IMG/VR virus record: IMGVR_UViG_3300050196_000293
Reading direction: 5' to 3' (one strand)
DNA: 11,614 bases
Source of the DNA: a virus
Taxonomy: Duplodnaviria; Heunggongvirae; Uroviricota; Caudoviricetes
Shown in pieces: positions 6,730 to 11,614 of the stretch (positions within the stretch are counted from its first letter, which is position 1; each line of letters begins with the position of its first letter). A program made the translations under genes and the position numbers. The notes under the pieces are model-generated. The model had not been told where the DNA came from. It saw nothing but the letters and a program-made list of their open reading frames with translations, and did not search any database.

Positions 6730-9122
6730 GCATGAGTATGATTTTCGCTGAAACTTGCGACCGATACTGGGACTTGGGTTTACCCGCTATCCCCCTGATG
6801 GCCAGAGACAAGAGACCGGCGGTTTCGGAGTGGCAGAAATATGCCACCGAGATGCCTAGTGAAGGGCTGCGGGCAGACTGGAAGGACCGCTTTGCCAGTG
6901 GGAATATCGGGATGCCACTGGGGGCCTTGTCCGGTCTGGTGGCAATCGACCTGGACACTGATGAACCAGAGGTGCTGGAGATCATCAAGAGTCTGGTGCC
7001 CCTGTCGAAGTGGGTACGTCGAGGTAAGAAAGGCGCTGTCTACGTCTACAAATGGCAGGGACAAAAGACGTCCAGGATCAAGGGGGAGGAAGGCAACACC
7101 ATTGTCGAGATCCTGTCCCGTGGCACCCAGATTGTTCTACCTCCGTCGATCCACCCCGACACGCAGATGCCTTATGTGGCTAATTGCGAGCTGACGGACG
7201 TTCTGGACCAGCTGGCTGAACTGCCTGTCGATTTCGAGACACGCCTTCGTAAGGCTCTGATTGACGCCGGCATCAAACTGTCGAGCCGTGGGAGTGTCTC
7301 TGTCACCAAATGGGTTCCGGCTGGAGGGCGTGACTCGGCCATGGTGGCCATGGCCGGGTTGTTGTCCCGGGGCGTGATCAAGGGCGAGCGTACTCTGCTT
7401 GAGGCCTTGGACGAAGCGGAGGCCTGGGTGGCTAATTTCACAGAAAATGTGATTGGCGATCCGATGGATCCCATGAAGGCCAGGGACAAAGTGATGGAGT
7501 TTTTGAGGCGGGACGTGGTGGAAAACCAGTGTTTGCTACCTGAAGGCTGGACCTTGGGATTGACGCCCGAGGAGGTCAAAGCTGCCAAGGAATATCTGGG
7601 CGAGGACATGGAAGAATGGGGGTTTGAGCGGTATCAGACCTATCTGTTGGACAAGTTCACTGAAGTCCCTATGGAAAACATGGTGGATCGGATGCAGATT
7701 ATCGACGAAGTGCTGCTGCGTCTGGCCAAAGACAAACACATGAACATTATGGAGCAGAATGCACTTCTGGTGTTCATAAGTCAGTCGACGAGGGGGCTGA
7801 CCAACAATAATACGCTGCGAAAGCGGATCAAGGAACTCCAGACCACAGGGTTGAAAGGCATCGACCAGAGGGAGATTGCCTTGGCTGCGGTTAAGGAACT
7901 GGAGCAGTTTGGCCAGCTCAGGACGGTTGGCACGAAGATGTATCAGTGGGAGGGATCCTACTGGAAGGAAATCACGGAACGGGACTTGACCCGGGTGGTG
8001 ATTGATCGGTTTGGGGATCTGCCGGCCGCACGCAAGTACAATGACTATATGGGCATCGTGAAGACGATGAGGACCCAGGTGGAATTCGGCATCAAGGGTG
8101 ACGAGAACATCGTGGGCATCAATTTTGCCAATGGGTTTCTTACCCCCGATCTGCAGTTGCGAGATCATGATCCAAAATACGGCTGCACCTACGTCCTGAA
8201 CTTTCAGTACAAGCCTGCCGAGGCGGCTCCCTTACGATTTTTGGGTCATCTGGACCGCTGTTGGGGGGAGGATTCTGACTATGCCGAGAAGGTTCAGGGC
8301 CTTCGGGAGGCGATGGCAGCTACGCTTTTTGGGGTGGCGTGGAAGTATTCCAAGGCCTTCTGCCTGTATGGAGCCGCAAAGACAGGCAAAAGCGTGATCA
8401 AAGAGGTGATGGAGGGGATGATCCCGGAGGATGCCAGTTCCTCGGTGCCGCCAGAGTGTTGGGGTGACAAGTTCATGCCCGCCACGATGCTGGACAAGCT
8501 GGCCAATTTCTGTGGGGAGCTGTCTGACACTCAGATGATCTCTGGTGAACGGTTCAAGGAAATTGTGGAAGGCGGTCAGATTTCGGCTCAGTTCAAGGGA
8601 AAGGATATTTTCCAGTTCAAGCCCACCTGTGCCCAGTGGTTTGCCTCTAACTTCCTGCCGAAGTCCAGAGATAGCTCGGTTGGTTTTGCTCGGAGGTGGT
8701 TGTTCTTCAAGTTCAGCCATCCCCTGACGAATGATGAGGAGATACCCAACTACGCCCAAGTGATCCTGTCAGAGGAAGTCGAGGCGATTGCGAGTTGGGC
8801 TGCACCGGCGATTGCCGATTTGATGCTTCGGGGCCACTATATGGAGGGCTCAAGTCACATAGAACTGATTAGAGACATCTCCAATCTGAATAACAATGTC
8901 CGATATTTTTTGAACCATTGCCGAGAGGTGGTGATGGGGGATGATGTTGGGTCAATTAGCACCATGGATCTGTACAACCAGTATTATTTGTTTACCAAGC
9001 TGGTAGCCAAGGCCAATCCAGTGCAGATGAAGCGTTTCGAAATGATGATGGACCAGTTGGCATCAGTGATGCGGTTCACGGTGGTGGGTGAAAGTTATGT
9101 TGGGATTGGAGTGAAGAAGTGA
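6726..9122 (+). CDS. Bifunctional primase-polymerase (Prim-Pol) / PriCT / D5-like SF3 helicase (798 aa)
   Basis: N-terminal AEP Prim-Pol motifs (IPL...KRP...W, GNIGMPLG, LVAIDLD, GTQIVLPPSIHPDT), PriCT-like GGRDSAMVAMAG, D5_N-like INFANG...RDHDP, Walker A GAAKTGKS, Walker B region NFCGELSD, motif C WFASNFLP. GTG start with GAGGA SD. Confidence 0.95.
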   Translation: MSMSMIFAETCDRYWDLGLPAIPLMARDKRPAVSEWQKYATEMPSEGLRADWKDRFASGNIGMPLGALSGLVAIDLDTDEPEVLEIIKSLVPLSKWVRRGKKGAVYVYKWQGQKTSRIKGEEGNTIVEILSRGTQIVLPPSIHPDTQMPYVANCELTDVLDQLAELPVDFETRLRKALIDAGIKLSSRGSVSVTKWVPAGGRDSAMVAMAGLLSRGVIKGERTLLEALDEAEAWVANFTENVIGDPMDPMKARDKVMEFLRRDVVENQCLLPEGWTLGLTPEEVKAAKEYLGEDMEEWGFERYQTYLLDKFTEVPMENMVDRMQIIDEVLLRLAKDKHMNIMEQNALLVFISQSTRGLTNNNTLRKRIKELQTTGLKGIDQREIALAAVKELEQFGQLRTVGTKMYQWEGSYWKEITERDLTRVVIDRFGDLPAARKYNDYMGIVKTMRTQVEFGIKGDENIVGINFANGFLTPDLQLRDHDPKYGCTYVLNFQYKPAEAAPLRFLGHLDRCWGEDSDYAEKVQGLREAMAATLFGVAWKYSKAFCLYGAAKTGKSVIKEVMEGMIPEDASSSVPPECWGDKFMPATMLDKLANFCGELSDTQMISGERFKEIVEGGQISAQFKGKDIFQFKPTCAQWFASNFLPKSRDSSVGFARRWLFFKFSHPLTNDEEIPNYAQVILSEEVEAIASWAAPAIADLMLRGHYMEGSSHIELIRDISNLNNNVRYFLNHCREVVMGDDVGSISTMDLYNQYYLFTKLVAKANPVQMKRFEMMMDQLASVMRFTVVGESYVGIGVKK

Positions 9123-9319
9123 ATTTTGATCGGATGAAGGTTGACTGGCAGGGTGGATCCTGGTGCGTGAAGCAGAATGGGAAGTACCGGGGTGTTGGGG
9201 GTTGGGGTGGAGTTTCAGATGCTATGTGGTTTAGGAGTGAGCGTGACGCCAAGTTCTGGGTCACCAACAACCTGGTAGATAAAGACGTATTCTATGTATT
9301 TGAGAGAGCCTCCCAGTAG
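9119..9319 (+). CDS. Small Trp/Gly-rich hypothetical protein (66 aa)
   Basis: GTG start in a GTGA overlap, GGAG SD 7 nt upstream; stop codon lies in the loop of the downstream terminator. Confidence 0.7.
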   Translation: MNFDRMKVDWQGGSWCVKQNGKYRGVGGWGGVSDAMWFRSERDAKFWVTNNLVDKDVFYVFERASQ

Positions 9320-9333
9320 TGGGAGGCTTTTTT
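9307..9333 (+). terminator. Rho-independent terminator ending the replication operon
   Basis: AGCCTCCCA-gtag-TGGGAGGCT followed by TTTTT. Confidence 0.85.
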
Positions 9334-9355
9334 CATTGTGATATCAGTATTTTTG

Positions 9356-9452
9356 GAAAAATTTTTCAGAAATCGATGTGGAATTGTATTCTCTAACCCA
9401 CTGAAAAACAACAATAAAAAAGGGTATACCCCTTACCCTGGTGGTATATACC
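9356..9452. repeat. Cluster of short perfect palindromes with A-tracts
   Basis: GAAAAATTTTTC (9356-9367), GGGTATACCC (9422-9431), GGTATATACC (9443-9452). Confidence 0.6.
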
Positions 9453-9514
9453 CATGCTGCACCCTAGCCTATAGTCAGAGGGTAGGAAGAAAGAGGCCGC
9501 CCGGGTGGGGCATG

Positions 9515-9548
9515 GATCTTTGACATTGTGAATAGATGGAACACACGC
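9515..9548 (+). repeat. Left copy of a 34-bp inverted repeat
   Basis: GATCTTTGACATTGTGAATAGATGGAACACACGC; 31/34 identical to the reverse complement of 10356-10389. Confidence 0.95.
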
Positions 9549-9553
9549 TAGGC

Positions 9554-9573
9554 GCGCGTCCGACCGGACGCGC
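9554..9573. repeat. GC-rich perfect palindrome next to the left repeat
   Basis: GCGCGTCCG-ac-CGGACGCGC. Confidence 0.85.
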
Positions 9574-9639
9574 AAGCACCAAGGCAGGGTTCCGCCCAAA
9601 ATCCCCTTCTGGGAAGAGCGCGGAACTGTGCCTAATCCA

Positions 9640-9650
9640 CACAATGTCAA
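9640..9650 (-). repeat. 11-bp partial third copy of the repeat core
   Basis: CACAATGTCAA is the reverse complement of TTGACATTGTG (9520-9530). Confidence 0.7.
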
Positions 9651-9652
9651 CT

Positions 9653-9671
9653 GACCTAACTAAGTTAGGCC
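9653..9671. promoter_or_regulatory. Palindromic site P1 (operator- or recombination-site-like)
   Basis: GACCTAACT-A-AGTTAGGCC; 9652-9669 is an exact 18-nt copy of 10336-10353; lies just upstream of the SD of the 217-aa gene. Confidence 0.75.
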
Positions 9672-9689
9672 ATTCTAGGAGATCAAAAC

Positions 9690-10343
9690 ATGACGCAAGC
9701 TCAAAGAGTTTCAGAGGCCGCACCTATTGCCGTGCCTCACTTCGATCCCTACTCCAAGGAACGGACGATCATCGCCCGATGCTTGGCAGTGGAACGTGAT
9801 CTTACTCAAGATCACGCGGATTCTATTGAGGTGGGTAAGACCGCCTCCAAAGCGGTGAAAGCCGCAAAAAATGCCACGGATTGGGCGTTCTTTGCCCTTG
9901 CTTGTGCCCAAGGTGGCACAAGTGAACATTTTCGTGAAATGGCCGATCTTATCGGCCACGCGCGAGGGTTGGACGCTGATAGCGTCTACGCCTATCGAGT
10001 GAAAGTGAAGCAATGCTTCACTTTCAAGGATCAACTCGAAGCCTTAGACGCTGAAAAGCGCGCCAAGGCTTCGCCTATATCGGCCGCTGGACGCATGGCG
10101 GCTGATATTGAAAAGAACGCGGAAAAGGCCGCTACAGAAGCGGCCTTCGGCATGATTACCCGAGACCAGAAGGAAAGCCTTCTGGCAGTGGTGGCAATTG
10201 AAATGGCGATGCAAGCGCCATTCAACGAAGCCCAAACTACCCTTCTTCAGTCTTCTGGTATGTATCAGAAGGGCCTTGCCCTTTTGGCGGCATACCAAGA
10301 GGCCAAGAGTGCCCTTAAGGGTCTAGGCCTGCAAATGACCTAA
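9690..10343 (+). CDS. Hypothetical Ala-rich helical protein (217 aa)
   Basis: Strong AGGAGA SD, long ORF, downstream terminator; no family recognised. Confidence 0.88.
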   Translation: MTQAQRVSEAAPIAVPHFDPYSKERTIIARCLAVERDLTQDHADSIEVGKTASKAVKAAKNATDWAFFALACAQGGTSEHFREMADLIGHARGLDADSVYAYRVKVKQCFTFKDQLEALDAEKRAKASPISAAGRMAADIEKNAEKAATEAAFGMITRDQKESLLAVVAIEMAMQAPFNEAQTTLLQSSGMYQKGLALLAAYQEAKSALKGLGLQMT

Positions 10344-10355
10344 CTAAGTTAGGTC
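10337..10355. promoter_or_regulatory. Palindromic site P2, containing the stop codon of the 217-aa gene
   Basis: Perfect GACCTAACT-A-AGTTAGGTC; TAA at 10341-10343. Confidence 0.75.
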
Positions 10356-10389
10356 GCGTGCGTTTCATCTATTCACAGTGTCAAAGATC
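10356..10389 (-). repeat. Right copy of the 34-bp inverted repeat
   Basis: GCGTGCGTTTCATCTATTCACAGTGTCAAAGATC, directly abutting P2. Confidence 0.95.
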
Positions 10390-10413
10390 AGTTCCAAAAT
10401 CACCCTATCCCTA

Positions 10414-10444
10414 CCCCGCTGGACATGTTCCGGCGGGGTTTTTT
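10414..10444 (+). terminator. Rho-independent terminator
   Basis: CCCCGCTGGA-catgt-TCCGGCGGGG (one G-U pair) followed by TTTTTT. Confidence 0.85.
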
Positions 10445-10461
10445 CATGTTTGGAGATCAGC

Positions 10462-10542
10462 ATGTTACGAAAAATCGAGCCGGTCCTGGCTCTGATGGCC
10501 TTCATTGGCCTGGTTCTGCTGCAGGTGCGGCTATGGACCTAA
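10462..10542 (+). CDS. Putative 26-aa single-transmembrane peptide
   Basis: GGAGA-tcagc-ATG; MLRKIEPVLALMAFIGLVLLQVRLWT*. Below the ORF-track size cut-off. Confidence 0.6.
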   Translation: MLRKIEPVLALMAFIGLVLLQVRLWT

Positions 10543-10937
10543 CCTTGTTAGCCAGGCTGGAACGCCTGAAGCCACGGGGGACACCCGTGGAGCTGCCCAG
10601 GACCCAAGCGACCAAGTCGGCCCTGGACGAGATGAAGGCCAACGTCCGGGCAGACGTTGACTGGGGCCAGGAGTCCCAGACCCGGAGCCTACAAACGCGC
10701 TTCGATGGCCAAACGTGGCGGGTCTGGGACGAAACCCAGGCGTGCTGGGTCGTTGATCCGGCTCGGGGTCTGGGACGGGAACCCAGGACCAATCTGCTGC
10801 CACGGGAGATCCGCTTGGTGGATGCCACTCCAAAACAGGTGGCGCGATCCATCGAAAATCAGAAATTCGCGGCTCTGAGCCGTGGGGAGAACCCCAATGG
10901 GGTTCGAGTAGTCCTAATCAAAAGGAAGAAAAAGTGA
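10533..10937 (+). CDS. Hypothetical protein (~134 aa) with a basic C-terminus (KRKKK)
   Basis: The track start at 10425 lies inside a terminator hairpin; ATG 10533 has AGGTG upstream; GTGA overlap with the next ORF. Confidence 0.72.
   Translation: MDLTLLARLERLKPRGTPVELPRTQATKSALDEMKANVRADVDWGQESQTRSLQTRFDGQTWRVWDETQACWVVDPARGLGREPRTNLLPREIRLVDATPKQVARSIENQKFAALSRGENPNGVRVVLIKRKKK
10536..10553. promoter_or_regulatory. Degenerate palindromic site P3
   Basis: GACCTAAC-ctt-GTTAGCC; same arm spacing as P1/P2; contains the 26-aa ORF stop and follows the ATG of the next gene. Confidence 0.55.
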
Positions 10938-11104
10938 TTGTGCGCGTGATTACAGGCCTGCGGGAGTCCGATGACTCGGAGACGACGTGGGATATCAATT
11001 TTGCCGAACACACAAGTCGGTACTGGCTCAACAGGCACATGATTTGGGCGTTGAATAACGCCCGCTGGGTCGAACTGATGGCGGTGTCATCCGATGGAAT
11101 ATGA
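10934..11104 (+). CDS. Small hypothetical protein (56 aa)
   Basis: GTG start in a GTGA overlap, AAGGAAG upstream; MIVRVITGLRESDDSETTWDINFAEHTSRYWLNRHMIWALNNARWVELMAVSSDGI*. Not in the track. Confidence 0.68.
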   Translation: MIVRVITGLRESDDSETTWDINFAEHTSRYWLNRHMIWALNNARWVELMAVSSDGI

Positions 11105-11213
11105 CCAATGGCTAGAAGATAGGGTTTTTGACCCTATCGAGGACCTGGATTTGGTGACGCTCAGAGTTTTTGACGATTGTCAAGAGGAGGCGCCGGACGA
11201 GGATTGGGGGTAA
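11094..11213 (+). CDS. Putative 39-aa highly acidic microprotein
   Basis: ATG 11094 overlaps the previous ORF by 11 nt, GGTG 7 nt upstream; MEYDQWLEDRVFDPIEDLDLVTLRVFDDCQEEAPDEDWG*. Not in the track. Confidence 0.58.
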   Translation: MEYDQWLEDRVFDPIEDLDLVTLRVFDDCQEEAPDEDWG

Positions 11214-11230
11214 ATGCACCTGTACGGTGT

Positions 11231-11293
11231 GTGTGATCTATATATCACTGTGGATAACTCGGGAGGGACGAGTGTGATATATATGTATCACTG
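11231..11293. repeat. Two imperfect direct repeats, each itself palindromic
   Basis: GTGTGATctatatATCACTG (11231-11250) and GTGTGATAtatatgTATCACTG (11272-11293). Confidence 0.7.
11249..11257 (-). promoter_or_regulatory. Perfect DnaA-box 9-mer (TTATCCACA); function unproven
   Basis: Plus strand TGTGGATAA. One match in this window is expected by chance about 9% of the time at equal base frequencies. Confidence 0.3.
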
Positions 11294-11556
11294 GTCGTGA
11301 CGACAATTTTACCCGTGATTGGATGGATTTGATGAAAACCAAAGATGACGGGTGTCATTGTAATTTGCAGCCGACCGGGAGGGGTTTGGCTGGGAGATCC
11401 GCGCCAGGGCCGATTTAAGCCTGCTGGAGGGGTTTGGTGAGGGGTCCGGGTGGGTATGTACCAGTGGAGGGTCTGGTACGGCCCTGGCGCGGTTGTGGGC
11501 GTCCAAAGGAATATTGAGAGGATGAAAGTATAATTTTTGAGTACATACAAAAACTG

Positions 11557-11594
11557 AATATCTAGTAGATATTTATTTTTTATCTACTATACAA
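11557..11594. promoter_or_regulatory. AT-rich element with inverted TAGTAGAT boxes
   Basis: AATATCTA-G-TAGATATT (11557-11573) overlaps TAGTAGATA-N9-TATCTACTA (11563-11589); TTATCTACTATACAA is 14/15 identical to 6113-6127. Confidence 0.55.
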
Positions 11595-11614
11595 ACAACT
11601 TTACTCTTCATATT

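Larger units (their letters stand above)
1..11614. mobile_element. Tailed dsDNA bacteriophage (or prophage) genome segment: head module, replication module and accessory region
   Basis: Terminase-portal-protease-decoration-capsid synteny plus a Prim-Pol/SF3 helicase. No host genes or integrase are visible, so lytic versus temperate cannot be decided. Confidence 0.92.

Noticed and set aside
1-9122. PICI or P4-like satellite, suggested by the primase-helicase
   Set aside because: Full-size head module with decoration protein and GpA-type terminase transcribed away from the primase; no integrase or satellite regulators visible.
6327-9270. Minus-strand and alternative-frame ORFs across the 168-aa and primase genes
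   Set aside because: Shadows of the real plus-strand genes.
9721-10320. Reversed GC skew as support for inversion of the repeat-bounded segment
   Set aside because: A hand count gave roughly equal G and C (about 163 vs 158). That is lower than sampled primase lines but not reversed, so it is not independent evidence.
9515-10389. Insertion sequence or MITE
   Set aside because: No target-site duplication, no transposase motifs, and no IS-type TG...CA or GG...CC termini.
10425-10532. 5' extension of the 170-aa ORF in the track
   Set aside because: The start lies inside the terminator hairpin, and the region is better explained by the 26-aa ORF in another frame.
9653-10553. Canonical integron attC sites
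   Set aside because: Only 3 nt between the RYYYAAC and GTTRRRY matches; no L boxes, no long imperfect stem, no integrase in view.
11118-11138. GATAGGGT-ttttg-ACCCTATC hairpin as a terminator
   Set aside because: No U-tract follows and it lies inside the 39-aa ORF.
11214-11550. Short ORFs at 11214-11300 (+, 28 aa) and minus-strand 11245-11550 and 11309-11506
   Set aside because: Weak or absent SDs, TTG starts for the minus-strand pair, and Pro-rich sequence mirroring the G-rich strand; the region is dominated by DNA repeats.
1-11614. CRISPR array, tRNA/rRNA, introns, inteins
   Set aside because: No regularly spaced repeats or RNA-gene signatures; terminase and helicase motifs are contiguous at normal lengths.

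Overview
The whole window looks like tailed dsDNA phage DNA (Caudoviricetes); I see no host housekeeping genes, integrase or RNA genes. Left half (minus strand): a head-morphogenesis operon with GpA-type large terminase, portal, prohead protease/scaffold, head decoration protein and an HK97-fold major capsid protein. The capsid gene is absent from the ORF track because it runs off the left edge. Centre (plus strand, divergent from terL): a 168-aa unknown coupled to a Prim-Pol/D5-SF3 primase-helicase and a 66-aa ORF, closed by an intrinsic terminator. Right end: an accessory region dense in cis-elements and small ORFs that the track misses. Most notable observations: (1) a 217-aa orphan gene bracketed by 34-bp inverted repeats and by copies of a GACCTAAC-N3-GTTAGG palindrome, a motif that supplies the stop codon of two consecutive genes; (2) a non-canonical promoter, TAGTAGAT-N5-ATAAT-N7-TAnnAT, 62-63 nt upstream of both terL and the protease gene, each followed by a hairpin at the start codon; (3) unannotated microproteins, including a 39-aa peptide of net charge about -13 and a 26-aa single-TM peptide. 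All protein assignments come from motifs read by eye, not database searches.
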